A DNA stretch of 63,062 nt, counting the filler, from Neoconidiobolus thromboides FSU 785 (lineage: Eukaryota; Fungi; Entomophthoromycota): the NCBI GenBank assembly GCA_025603075.1. It is 12 parts of 12 records of this genome, joined end to end, with 100 filler letters (N's around TTAATTAATTAA, not from the genome) between each part and the next. Parts side by side here need not be neighbours in the genome. Positions count along the whole stretch, not along the records: positions 1 to 7,922 come from MU626693.1; positions 8,023 to 27,586 come from MU626556.1; 10 more parts are not named here. One strand, given 5' to 3'. The notes under the pieces were generated by a model. The model had not been told where the DNA came from. It saw nothing but the letters and a program-made list of their open reading frames with translations, and ran no database searches. Shown piece by piece: positions 1 to 13,068 of the stretch. Numbering within the stretch: position 1 is the first letter of the stretch; the number at the start of each line of letters is the position of its first letter. A program made the translations under genes and the position numbers.

Positions 1-959
1 GATGTTTACCATACAGCTATTTCTGGACATTCAAGTATTACATTTTATTTAAATTTCATATTTAAATTCAAAAATGAAAAGAATCCATTGTAAGTTCATT
101 ATATATATATAATATAAATTATTAAAACATTTGATTACGTAGGGTTTTGAAAGAAATATCTAAAAATTTAAATAACATTTCCTCTTTATTTTATAATGCT
201 CCAGAACACATTCAAAATGGATTAAACAATTTAAAAATTGCCTTCTTTAAGCCAATATTAGATGAATATGGATTTCATACTACACCTAATGATAAAGAAA
301 GCACTGGAACGCTTCGGGCAATCATTATTGAAATTTTGTGTAATTCAAATCACAAAGAAACAATTGATAAGATGTTAGAACTTTATGAAAATTGGCTATA
401 TAATGAAGATATGAGTATAGCTAATGATATAAGACCTCTATTTTTAAGAGTTGCTGCTAGATTTGGGACAATTAATCAATATGCACAAGTTAAAATTATC
501 TCTATGTTAGCGTCTACTGCTCAACAACAACTTACTGCTTCAATGGCTTTATGTTTTACTCAAAATCAAGAATTAATTGAAGAAACTTTAAGATATACCA
601 TTTCTACAGAAGTTCGTGCCCAGGATACTTGCTTTTTGATTTCAATTCTAGCATTGAATCCAAAAGCCCGAGATTTAACTTGGCAGTTTGTTAAAGATAA
701 TTGGGAGTTACTTGAAGGCAGATATAAACATAATGTGTCTACTTTGGGTGAAATATTACGCTCCTCTGCTAGTCTTTTAGCCTCCAAAAAAGATTTAAAG
801 GATTTAAAGGATTTTTTTGAAGTTAAAGATCACTCTTCGTTCAATATGGCCCTCGATAATACCATGGAAAGGGTTGAAATGAATGTTAATTTTGTCGAAA
901 AGGCTTCTAACCAACTTGAAAGTTGGTTGATAAACCAAGAATATATTGTTCAACCTTAA
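1..959 (+). CDS. M1 aminopeptidase (Ape2/puromycin-sensitive type), C-terminal ERAP1-like domain, 5'-truncated
   Basis: The ORF at 147-959 contains LRAIIIEIL, DIRPLFLRVAARFG, EVRAQD and RDLTWQFVKDNWELL, typical of the ERAP1-C region. An intron runs from about 35 to 142 (gt...tag). Confidence 0.85.
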
Positions 960-1073
960 TAAATTAACATCTTTAAGGTTGTACTTGGCTATTTTTATAT
1001 TAAAATTGTTATATTATGTTAATTACTTTTAATAAAGTTTTGTTATAAATTATCCAAATTATCTATAATAAAT

Positions 1074-1170
1074 ATATGGGGGATGTATTTTGTTGTTTAA
1101 GGTTTCTGCAAACAATTTTTTTGGTAGGACTCAAAAAATGGAAAATGTAGTGAAATCAAAAACATACTTA
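1074..1170 (+). mobile_element. ~105-bp MITE family copy (degenerate)
   Basis: ATATGGGGGATGTATTTTG...AAAAAATGGAAAATGTAGTGAAATCAAAAACAT matches the family consensus. Confidence 0.75.
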
Positions 1171-1613
1171 TTGAAATAAATGCCTCTCCTCATTTTAACT
1201 ATTTTTATTTTTTGTTTAAAGCATGAGTGAAATAATATTTAAATCAATATTTGAAGGTATTCAAATTTATGTAACTGAAATGTTTAAAACTGAAATCATT
1301 TAAACTTAAATATGATATGTCTTCAAACTACCATAATTTTTACTATTTATAGAAGAAATTTAATATAAATAAGAAAAATTTTCAATATGTTATTATTATT
1401 ATTTGTAATATAAAACTTATCAAATAATCTATCACTATAAAATTTAAAATCTCCACCTAATAGAATAAGCTACATTAAGTAAAATTACTAAATAAAACTG
1501 ACTTATTCATAATGTCATCAAAATCAAGTCAACGTAGTTCTACGTTTTTATAAGATTAGATTCAACCATATTTGAATCAAAATCAACTTTATCTTTTTAT
1601 AAAAAAATAAAAT

Positions 1614-2877
1614 ATGCAATTTCCACAAAGACAATTAGGTAATTAAGCTCATAACTTAAGATAGGAATAAACTAAGACAATAAATAGGTAAAGATGGCCC
1701 TATGGTATCTAGTATTGGATTGGGCTGTATGGGTATGAGTTTTGGATATGGAACGTCAGATGAAGAAGAGTGTTTAAAAGTATTAAATCGATCTATTGAT
1801 CTAGGATGTACATTTTGGGATACGGCCGTAAGTTTACTTAATTTTTATTAAAAAGACAATTCTAAAATAAACTTTTTATTTTTTCATTTAGGATGTTTAT
1901 GGCCAAGGAGAAAATGAAAAATTATTAGCCAAAGTATTAAAATCTCGCCGAAAAGATATCTTTCTATGTACCAAATTTTCTATGGCATTTGATCCAAAAA
2001 CATTTAATTTTACAATAAGAGGGGATAAAGAATATGTGAAACAATGTTGTGATAAAAGCTTGGAAAGATTAGGTGTGGATTATATTGATTTATATTATCA
2101 ACATAGAGTCGATCCAAAAACGTAAGTATCCTTTATTAATGAAGGTATTAAATTAATGGGATTATTAGTCCGATTGAAGAAACCGTTGAAGCAATGGCTG
2201 AATTAGTTAAAGAAGGTAAAGTTAAATACCTTGGATTATCAGAATGTAGTGCTGCTACATTAAGAAGAGCTTACAAAGTTCATCCTATTGCTGCTGTACA
2301 AGTTGAATATAGGTAAGATTAAAACAAAAGCAAAATGGGATTAAATATTAATAACATTTTTACAAGTCCATGGGAAACATTTATCGAAAAGAATGGCTTA
2401 TTAGAAGCATGCAAGGAATTGGGCGTAGCTGTAGTTGCTTATTCACCCTTAGGAAGAGGATTTTTAACTGGTAAAGTGGATGTGAATAAATTGGAAGATA
2501 ACGATTATCGTAAAAATGGAATCCCTAAATTATCTGCAGAAAATGCACAACACAATCTTCAATTGGTAAGAAAACTGGAGGAAATTGCGTTAAAAAAAGG
2601 AATTAAAGCATCTCAATTATGTATCTCTTGGGTTTTAGCTCAGGTAAAATTTAATTTTTAGTTAAGTTTTTAAAATGTTTATCATAAATCTTACTAGGGT
2701 GATCTTTTTATCCCTATTCCAGGCACTAAAAGATTAAAATATTTGGAAGAAAATATTGCTTCTAAAGATATTATTATTACTAATGAAGAAGATCAACAAA
2801 TTCGCCAATTAGTTAATGAGATCAATATTGTTGGTGAACGTTATAAGCCTGAAAATTTAGCTTTAATTGATTCTTAA
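1614..2877 (+). CDS. Aldo-keto reductase (AKR13/YakC-like), multi-exon
   Basis: The spliced translation gives [50 protein letters not shown] and IPIPGTK. Introns are canonical GT-AG. Confidence 0.95.
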
Positions 2878-2993
2878 TGATTTTAAAATAAAGCTTTAGT
2901 TATTCGCCTTATTTTGTTATTGTTTGAATTATAGCTAATACTTAACAAATTCATAATTAATGCTATGCTATTAATTAAATTTTTATTAAATAA

Positions 2994-4193
2994 CTAATGT
3001 AGAAATGCAATGAGAAGTAGTAATCGATATTTTAAATAAAGATTGGGAATAAACAAAATAAAGGAATAGGAATAAATAAAAATCAGGAATGAGAGTAAAT
3101 AAAAATGTAGTGTAAAGGGATGGAGAAATTCAATAATAGATAGGGGATATATATTTGAATAGATAAAAGTGCAAAAGTAAAATTGCAAAAATAGGATAGA
3201 CAAGATAAAAGAATACTATGAGTTAAAATAACTAAGGCTTAAAATTGTACTTATCGAAAGTAAATTGAGTTATAATTATTGCCAAAATTAAATAGAGAAG
3301 GATCCAAACTAAATGATATTAATAACTACAAAATGATAAGTAAATTTAAATTACCTAATATAAATAGCTTATTGGAAAAAATGATAAAAAATTAAAATTC
3401 CTTATAAATGTAAATACCATACATTACACTAATTGATACCATCATTAGCATTACAAAAAAAGGAGATAGCTCACTAATGAAAATTTTCAATTCAATAAAA
3501 CTAAATAAAATGGAAATAGCTTACGATCCACGATTATTATTGCTATTAAATTCTTTCTTACTTTTAATTTCAAGTTCATACAGAGCGTAACTTGCTCTTT
3601 TTTTAAGTTCTTTACCATTATTGCTATAATTATCATTTGTAAACTGACAAGCTGGACCAATTATTTCTTCATCTCTATACTCTCTAAAAGTAGAATATCG
3701 ATCATTCGTCTATTAATATTTAATTAATAATGCAATAAACAGTATAAAATTCTTACTGTAAATCTATTTGCATAGTCATTAAAAATATATTCTCCTTCCA
3801 TTTTATCTGCTAATATATCTTCTTCATTCTCATGATCCATTCTTGAGTTTGAATAACTAACTTGGAGATTATTAAACCCTCTACAATTGCTTACATTAGG
3901 ATGATAAGATGTGTTAGTTCCTAGTTAAAAAAAGTCCATAAATCTATTTTATTATGTAAAAAAAGTAATCGACACTTACTTAAACTGCCACTTCTCGTTT
4001 TTGGTAAATTAGTTTCCCAATCAACACCTAAAGCGGATTCCACTCTTTTTTTTATACCTCTTATAAATTGAAAGTATTCAAAATTATTAATTTGATCGTC
4101 GGTAGTGCTATCTAAGGTTACAACACCTAAATCCGAACTATCTTCTCGACGAAGCATAGTGAAGTCGCTGGTTTCTCTAGAAACTGAAAACAT
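2994..4193 (-). CDS. Hypothetical multi-exon protein with hydrophobic C-terminal exons
   Basis: The exon MFSVSRETSDF...RSGSL is followed by several GTAAG...AG introns and open exons. No family recognised and the ends are uncertain. Confidence 0.45.
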
Positions 4194-4845
4194 GTTAAAT
4201 ATTAAAAGCTGAAAAAATAAGCCAAAATTAAAAAATAAAATTGAAATGTATTTTATAGTTATCGCAGTCACTTTTATGAATTTAAACACTTTTTTAAAAG
4301 ATAGACAGAAGTTCATTGGTTAATTGAATTTGTTCAATTTGCCCTTGTTTGTTCAAATACAAAGTTAATCCTCCCTTATTTGATTTTAAAATATATAATA
4401 AATTGATCAATAATAATAATTACATTCTTGTATAATAGAATTAATATTTTTATCTTTTTAGTTATTTTATAAATCGATCAATATTAAATAAAATCATTAA
4501 ATCATTATATTAAAAACATTAAACTTTAAGTTGTTTATTTAATTTTAGTTAAGATCATAATAAATTAATATAAAAGGTAGTATTAAGAGTCATAATCAAA
4601 TGTTTCAATAATCACTAATAAAAAACAAATTATTCTATTAATCTTTTTTTCTCTTAAAATACTGAGATCCAAGTGTTTTATTGACTAAAATAGGAAGGTA
4701 ATACTAGAATTAGTAAATTTTAGCGACTAAAGCAACGAACGAGGACTTTGTAGAAGGACAAGAAGAGAATCCAAACTCTTTAAGTGTTTTTCCGAATTGA
4801 AGAAACGAAATACTGAACATTTTATCTCCAATAAAACTTTTATAG

Positions 4846-5819
4846 TTATTTTTTTTTAATATAATTTAAAGCATCTTCTGCAATCAATCGATGAATTCTT
4901 GTTGTTGGGTGAGTATTATCCCAATAAAAATAATTGTTAGCTGAAACACATTTTTTATCTTTATCAAAACAACTATCTTTTGTATTTAATGTAGTATTCG
5001 TCAATGTCAATAACCAGAAATCTATAAATAAAGGAATCAAAATAATGTAAAATATATTTATTATTACTATTATCATTATTATTATTAGCATTTAAACTTA
5101 CCACGAAAATGATCTTCAATCAAATTAATCTTATTATATTTTTGTTGCAATTTTATAAAACTTTGACTATATAATTGATTAAATATGTTTACTTTACTTC
5201 TAATAAAACTTTCAAATGGTTCCCCAATAGCCTGAATTACTGGTAATAAGTCAATAATAGTTGAAGTTGATAATAAAATAGTATTAAAAGGATAAAGATT
5301 TAATAAATCTGTTAAACAGGTTTCTAACTCTTGAATGATAATGTTTGGTTGACTATCTGGTAATATTAATTCATTACCCCCAAAATTAAAAGTTATTAAT
5401 GTTTGATTTAAATGTTTATAATGTTGAAAGTCTTGTTTGAATTTATTTACTTGCTGTTTGCATCCTGGTATTTTTAATGTGCTATCAACTAAAATTAAAT
5501 ATTGTAAGTATGAATAAAGTTAGAATATATAAAATTATAAATTATAAATTATAAATTTACCATTAAATAATTCATTATTACTAGTAGCTTTAATATACGC
5601 ATATGAAGTCAAATTAGCAACTAAATCTGTCTTCAAATAATCTAACCAAGTGTTGCCATTCGTCAATCGTCCATTATAGAATAGCGGACTTGTATGGTTT
5701 AACAATTTAAAATAATTGCCATTATCACTATAATTATCGCCAAAGGAAATGATTCGTTTATATGTTGAACTCAAGACCGAAGTTATTAAAGTACAAAGTA
5801 GGAAGCATTGAAATTTCAT
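4846..5819 (-). CDS. Secreted SGNH/GDSL lipase-like protein with catalytic Ser replaced (FGDNYSD)
   Basis: Signal-peptide-like N-terminus, block I FGDNYSDNGN, GRLTNGNTWLDYL, and block V YWDNTHPT. Introns lie between the ORF pieces. Confidence 0.85.
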
Positions 5820-6540
5820 TTTCTTTTAAATTAAATTAATATTTATTAGTTTTATATTCTGATTTTTGATATTTTATATAGCTATTTTTTTTGATTGTTT
5901 TGAATAGTGAGATTTTCACCCCTTTTAGTCCATTTCTATGGAGATTGACAAGTTGCATTTGTTATTTAGTGGTAATAAAAAATATCTAGCTATTTATAAA
6001 AAGTGATTTGATTTTGATATTATAGTTTTGTATAACTTTAAAATTTTAATATTATTAAATTGAATTTCATAGAATACTCGAAATAGCATAGAATAAAACT
6101 TTAAATTTACCAAAATTCCAAATTTGATTGTTTGATTATATTTAGGTTGACACTTATAAAAACTCAACTTATTTGTAATAATGTTTTTAATGGCTTAGAT
6201 AGCATTCCAGATATGAACTAAATTTTAAAGAAATAACTTATTTTAATATTAAGTCAAAATTATTTAAATAAGTTAAAATTTCATAAACAAAATTTTACTA
6301 TCTATATATTATTTATATCTATACTATAATTCCATAAAATAATTTATTTGTTTTAATATACATAAAATACAATAAAAAAGTATAACCTTAATTTAAATCA
6401 ATTATTTTTAGATGATGTCATTTTCAATAAATATTCAATTAACAATTCTTGATGTGACATATCAATTATTTTAGATTTGAAGAAATAAATTCAATTATCT
6501 CAACTATTTTTTATATAAAATAATATAAAATATTACAGAA

Positions 6541-7922
6541 ATGCAAGATCAACCCAATTTATTACCAACAAGTGTTAAACCCACTCATTATAATTTAACT
6601 CTTCATACTGATATTGATAATTTTAGTTTTAACGGTTTAATTAAAATCAATTTAGTTATTAATGAATCCATTGATATCATCAAATTCAATACCAAACATC
6701 TTGTGATTCAAGAAGCTAATTTACATGAAGATAGTACACTCTCAACAATTAAAGTAACCTCTATCAATTATGATACGGAGGAACAAACTTGCTCTTTAAA
6801 ATTAAGTGAAAATTTAAAACAAGGAAAAAATATGATTTTAGAGTTAAGATTTAGTGGTATATTAAATCGAGCTATGACTGGTTTTTATGCTTCAAGCTAT
6901 GAAAGTTTAGAAGGTAAAGAAGCATTTATGGCTTCAACTCATTTTGAGCCAAGTGATGCTAGACAAGCTTTTCCTTGTTGGGATGAGGTAAACCGATTTT
7001 ATTATTGTTCTCTATTCATTTATTTATTTTCTACTTATTTTCAGCCTGCTTTAAGAGCTACTTTTGACATTAAATTAATTGTTAAAAAAGAGTTAACAGC
7101 GTTATCTAATACCTCCATAAAATCACAAAAAGAAATTGATATCAATGGTATTAAATTTAATGAAGTTACTTTTGAAACTACACCAAATATGTCAACTTAT
7201 GTAAGTTTATTATTATTATTATTATCTCTTTAAACATTTTCTTTTTTGTTAGTTAATTGCTTTTGCAGTTGGTGATTTTGATTATATCGAAGATCGAACA
7301 AAAGAACAAAATATCTTAACCCGGGTATATGCTATCCGCGGTAGTGCCCACCTTGGTAAATTTGCTTTAAATGTAGCTTGTAAATCTATGGATTTATACT
7401 ATAAATTGTTTGGCCAACCCTATCCAATATCAAAATTAGATTTAATAGCTATACCTGATTTTAACATTGGAGCTATGGAAAATTGGGGATTAGTTACCTT
7501 TCGTACAGTATGTTTATTATATGAAGAAGGAATAAGTTCATTTGATCGTTGCCAAAAGATAGCTAATATAGTAGCTCACGAGTTAGCTCATCAATGGTTT
7601 GGTAATTTAGTGGCCTTAGAATGGTGGTCTCAACTTTGGTTAAAAGAAGGATTTGCAACATATATTGCTAGTTATGCAGTGGATAAACTATTTCCAGAAT
7701 GGGATGCTTGGACTGATTTTGTTATGGATGATTATCAAAGAGCATTAAAATTAGATAGTTTAAAATCCTCTCATCCTATACAAGTACCAGTCAATGATCC
7801 TAAACAAATTGGGCAAATATTCGATGCTATTTCCTATTCTAAAGGAGCTTCTATTTTGAGAATGTTATTTTCCTATCTTGGTGAGGATAAGTTTTTTGAA
7901 GGAATAAGAGTTTATCTTGATA
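6541..7922 (+). CDS. M1 aminopeptidase, N-terminal and catalytic domains, 3'-truncated by gap
   Basis: LLPTSVKPTHYNL, STHFEPSDARQAFPCWDE, GAMENWG, HELAHQWFG and WLKEG motifs. Confidence 0.95.
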
Positions 7923-8022
7923 NNNNNNNNNNNNNNNNNNNNNNNNNNNNNNNNNNNNNNNNNNNNTTAATTAATTAANNNNNNNNNNNNNNNNNNNNNN
8001 NNNNNNNNNNNNNNNNNNNNNN
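7923..8022. other. Artificial contig spacer (N-run with TTAATTAATTAA linker)
   Basis: Equivalent 100-bp spacers also occur at 27587-27686, 32579-32678, 34794-34893, 36961-37060, 46002-46101, 55075-55174, 56863-56962, 58105-58204, 59345-59444 and 60743-60842. The linker encodes stops in all six frames. Confidence 0.98.
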
Positions 8023-8363
8023 TATTAACTCTTTACACAATTTACCCTCATTATGGAAAAACCCAGACGCTTTTGATCCTCAAAGATGGTTACAAGATGG
8101 GAAATTCAAAACTAACCCCAATTTTTCACCCTTTTTAATAGGACCTAGAGCTTGTGTTGGTAGAACGTAAGCTATTGTTAAGAAAGTAACAATAATTATT
8201 TATTTTATTTTTTAGCCTGGCTTGGATGGAACTATACTTAGTTAGTGCGAATTTAATAAGAAACTTCACTTTTAAAAGAAATATTCAAAAAAAAATCAAA
8301 TCTAGGCATTTTGATACCACTCAACCCATTGAAGCTATTGAAGTTTCTATAACTAAAAACTGA
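8023..8363 (+). CDS. Cytochrome P450, C-terminal fragment
   Basis: WKNPDAFDPQRW (PERF-like) and the heme motif PFLIGPRACVG, then an intron and the final exon LAWMELYLV...SITKN*. Confidence 0.9.
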
Positions 8364-9131
8364 CATGAGTCTTAATAAAAATAATTAATTTAAATTTATT
8401 TTATACTAAAAGTTGTTTAAATTTACACTTTTTCTTTCTTTTCTCACATTGTGAAATAAAGCACTAATTTTAAATTTTTAAATTTTTGAAATGAGAGTTA
8501 AAATAAAGCGTTTATTATGAGTGAATAGCGAAAAGATGAAACTGAAAACAAAACTTTATATATTAATATGAAATTATTGATGTCTATTGTTTTTGTTTGT
8601 ATCAAACGCGCTAAAAAATAGTAAAGTATGATTGTTGAAACGAAGGCATTGGAAAATCTTTAATTTGAAGATTTGTAAATCCTATAATCATACTTAAAAG
8701 CTTTTGAATGTTTTAAAACATAGAAAAGTCTGTACTTCATGATATTGCTTTAAGATAATAATACTAAATTTTCTATAAAAAATATGTTATTGTTGATATT
8801 TATTTGTTCATTTTAATAGCTATAACCGTATAAGAAACTCTGCATAGAAACGATAACCTTTAGTGCTTTTAGAAAAATTATTGTTTTCTACTAGCAATAG
8901 GAGTACAAAATATAAATATCACCAATCAAACAAGGTAAATGTCATAAAAAGACAAGGATATAAAACTTAATAGCTGATCATATCATGATCAAAGTTTACT
9001 CAAGTATACAAATGTTAAAAAGCATGAAACATCGATTTAATTCTTTTTTAATTTAAGTTTTTGAGTTTTTAAACCTAGTATACATTAGTCAATTATTTAT
9101 CTATTGTTGTAAATTTCAATTCCAATGCAAA

Positions 9132-9725
9132 ATGAATAATTATAGGATTGAAGACTTTTATTCTCAATCAGACTATTGCGACGACGATGATGTTTATGAT
9201 GATGATATCTATAATGATGACGTCAATAATGATTATAATGAAAATGCCCACAACGAAGATCCTTACAATGGGGATGCTTACAATGAAGATTATCACGATG
9301 ATGGCAACTCCAGCGATGATGATTATAATGAGAATTCCCACAGCGATAATGACTATAATGAAAGCATTCACAATAATTACAATGAAGATTCTCAAGGTGA
9401 AAATTCTCAAAATGAAGGTGACTACGATGATGATGACTATAATGATAATGGTCATAACGAAGATTCTCAAGATAAATATAAGTATAACAATGAGGGTTAT
9501 AACAACGAAGATTACAGCAGTTATAGGAATAGTGAAGGCATTATAACCAATACTCCAGATAAATATGATCGGGATACTAACCATTATTCTGCACTCCATT
9601 GTGAGATTATTGATGAATTTAATGAGGATGATTCATATGAAGAGATAGATGGTGTGGCGCAAAAGTGGATGGAAAAAAGGGCTAGAACAAGTGATGAAAT
9701 CAAGGATAAATATAGAATACTATAA
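9132..9725 (+). CDS. Asp/Asn/Tyr-rich low-complexity repeat protein (unknown)
   Basis: A 197-aa ATG-started ORF built largely from 5-aa units such as NEDPY, NGDAY, NENSH and NNEDY. Confidence 0.5.
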   Translation: MNNYRIEDFYSQSDYCDDDDVYDDDIYNDDVNNDYNENAHNEDPYNGDAYNEDYHDDGNSSDDDYNENSHSDNDYNESIHNNYNEDSQGENSQNEGDYDDDDYNDNGHNEDSQDKYKYNNEGYNNEDYSSYRNSEGIITNTPDKYDRDTNHYSALHCEIIDEFNEDDSYEEIDGVAQKWMEKRARTSDEIKDKYRIL

Positions 9726-10510
9726 GCTAAGAGGAAATACTATTAACCTACCACGTTTTTAAATAAAGGCAAATTGGGTCCAATTGTTAATTTTATAGCA
9801 CGTCAACTCATTGTTTTGTATCGTTTTTCTCAATTATAAATTCTATTTTCAATAAATCATACTGTTATTCAACTAATGTTTAACAAAATAAAGTAATATC
9901 ATAGGTTCACTTTTTATATTGAGATTTTCAAATTTTGTTTAATATTTACAAACTAGTTCATATTTAGACAAAGTATCCACCTTTTATAAATAATATTAAC
10001 TTTTAAAAAATTACTTTATTTTACTTAAAAATAGTAAATATGGAAGAAAAATAGATTGAAAAAAGCACAAAAAAGTTATATGGAAGCTTTTATAGTTAAA
10101 GACAACATGATTAGGTGAAGCTGCAATTGTATAAATAGCTTAAAGCTTCTTAATATTAAATGAATTCAACACTAAGCGTATTGATAATTAAAACAGCAAC
10201 TCAATAAATTTTAATATCCTTAAAACCGGTTATTTAAAATATCAGTGCTACAACAATTTGTTGGTAAAACAAAACTCAAATTAAAAATCATTAGAAAAAG
10301 GAATAGTAAAATATCCATTAGAATGTTTATTTTGGCATTATTGTTGATTTCTAAATTTTACTTTTCGTAACAAACCAACAAAACAATGAAGTAAGATACC
10401 CTCTGGTATTTCTACTATTATAGCTATGATAGCTATAAATGGATAAGTTTGAAAACTCAGTTAAAATCAAGTATAAAGTTTTTCATTACACTTTTTTTTG
10501 TCTATTTGCT

Positions 10511-10613
10511 ATATGGGGATTTTTTTTGGCTTCATCACTTTCTCTATCTTTTAAGCACTATTTAAGTGAAAAAGTTACTAGTAAAATTCTTACACAAAAA
10601 TACATCCACATAT
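10511..10613 (-). mobile_element. MITE family copy
   Basis: ATATGGGGATTTTT...AAAATACATCCACATAT with the internal TTAAGCACTATTTAAGTGAAAA core. Confidence 0.85.
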
Positions 10614-10774
10614 AATGCAAATAAATACTAGATAAAAAAACACTCTAACATGAGTTACTAGAATTAAGCAAAAGAGCAAATTTTTTTTGCAACGCTTAGC
10701 ACTTAATCTGCAATTTTTACTGGAAATCTAAATTGGACAAAAATTAAAATAAGCTTTTAGACCAATCTAAATAC

Positions 10775-10878
10775 ATTGGGAGTATTTTTTTTGACTTCAT
10801 TATTTTTTCCATTTTTAAGCGCTATTTAAGCGGGAAAATTGTTAGTAGGATTCTTAAACACAAAAATACATCTCCATT
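10775..10878 (-). mobile_element. MITE family copy
   Basis: TGGGAGTATTTT...TTAAGCGCTATTTAAGCGGGAAAA...AAAATACATCTCCAT. Confidence 0.85.
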
Positions 10879-11538
10879 ATTTTCATTTATGATTTTACTC
10901 ACTTTCATAAAAAACAATATTTAAATTCTGTCATTTGCTTAAAATAAATTTACGCATTTTTATATATAGATGCAAAAGTTCGGCCTTGAATTTACTTTGA
11001 AATGTATGAATCTTCAAGTAAATAACAAATTTTTAAAAATGCTCACTTCTTTTTAAAGTGCGTAAACTATAACAAAAATAGTGTACTTACTATTATTATT
11101 AAAGTATCGATTTGTGATGTTTCTCTTTCTTTTTAGCTATTTTTACATTTTTTAAACCTATATGTTGAATAAATACTAGTTAAGTCAATAGTATAAAAAA
11201 ACATATCAATATGCTTTAACCGTATTAACTTATACTATTCATAAAATCTTGCTTATTTTTTAATCATAATAGAATCAAAAAAGATAAGCTATTGTATCAG
11301 AGAAGATAGAGAAAAGAAAAAGACTAATTAAAAGTGATAAAATTAATCACATTATAGTCAGAAGCAAAATTGAATCCACAACTCATATAAAATGAAATAA
11401 CTCTTTTAACTCTCTTTTAGCTTTATTAACTTTATTAAATCTAGTATATGGACAACCATTATCGTATTCCTGCTGTTTGTTTGAACTTCAGGTACAATAT
11501 GGGTCGCTATATTTAATAGTAGATCCTTGATTTATTCT

Positions 11539-11946
11539 TCAAGCAATCGGAACTCTTATTATAACCAACCAGAGTACAATTATAATGACGTTCATAACCA
11601 GGTACAGTATATAAATACTTCTACCTCTAGTCGAATGCAGTACAGGAGTTCTACCATTGACATCTAATTCCAAGAAAGAAGTGCAGTTATTCAAAATCGA
11701 TCATACCATAATGGTAGGATTGTCGATACTCGAGTAGAGCATAAAGAGCTTGACTACAATTGTATTTTGATAAACTGTATTGAATCTATCGCTTGTCATC
11801 AAAGCGAAAATATAAATAGAGAAGCTGAACTTGAAGTAATTGATATAGGCTTTATATACTGTACTCTTTTAACTCAAACTACTTCACGCGAAAAGACGAA
11901 TGACTCAGAATTAACTAAGTTTAAAAAGAAAAGGTCAAATAGTTGA
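11539..11946 (+). pseudogene. Unidentified coding-like relic (long frame with one internal stop)
   Basis: The frame SSNRNSYYNQPEY...TIDI*FQERSAV...KKKRSNS* stays open for about 135 codons in very AT-rich DNA. Family not recognised. Confidence 0.25.
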
Positions 11947-13068
11947 ACGTAATACGTGGAATAAGTATAGTGTATTATAGAATAGGAGTGAAATTTGTTG
12001 AATTAGCAAGTTCTGCTTCGCAAAATAAAATGTGTTATCTAAATTTACTAATTTCATGATATATTCATTCATTGATTTATGCCCTCCACTACTAAACTAG
12101 AAGTTTCATTGCTTTTTAAATAAACTATAATGCTATTTAGTTCGCATATTAAGAAAACCGATGCTTTAGTCTCATCTTTTACACTAGTAATGTAATAAAA
12201 TGAACACATTATCTTGCCTTCTATTCAAATTCCCCGACCCTCTCTCATTACTATAGCTAGCTTAAACTTCTTTCTATAACTATTAGCAATTATCAAAAGG
12301 GCTTTCTGCCTGTCTTATACAATCCCTTTTCCCTTTTACTAGTGTGTAATTAAATAATTTACAATAAACTCTCCTTCTTTACTTATCAAAATGAAACTGA
12401 AACTCGTGATCCTTATGTCCAGTTCCTTACGAAACCAATCCTCCCCTCCCTCTTATTATCTTGGAATATGACCTTTCTTGCCTCAGTGACCCCTTTAGCT
12501 TATCCTTTACCCCACTTTAATCATCTGTTTAACTCAAATTTAAAATAAATATCAAAAGGTATAGCTTTGTGCTCTCTAAAAAATAAAATTATTACCATTT
12601 ATTTATTACTATCAGCTATTACTAGTTTACAAATTTTCTTTAATTTTATAAAAAATACAGGACTTTCAGTTATGTAGCATTTTTAATTTTATTAACCGTT
12701 TATTATTTTATAATTAATGTAGCTGATATACTATAAAATTTTAGTTTACAATATAATAGTCATAGTAAAATTATAATTTAGTTTAATAAGTTTATTTCAA
12801 ACCCAATTTATGAGCTAAAAGCTATTCTTATACTTCTTTATGATGCTTAAGATAAGCCAGCTGTTAAAAAAATTCCTGTTAAATTTGAATAAAATAATAA
12901 AATATATTTAAATAAAAGAATAAAAAAGATTTATTAAAGTAATATGAATTCAACAAACCACACAATAATATAGATATAATTAAAACTAAGCTCATTATTA
13001 TGTATATTTTCAATTCTCTGTTCTGGTTACATCAATTGAAATTCACTTTAATTCTGTTCATTGTTGTC

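Noticed and set aside
9148-9599. Overlapping ORFs 9148-9546 (+) and 9168-9599 (-) as real genes
   Set aside because: They are shadows of the triplet-repeat D/N-rich frame.
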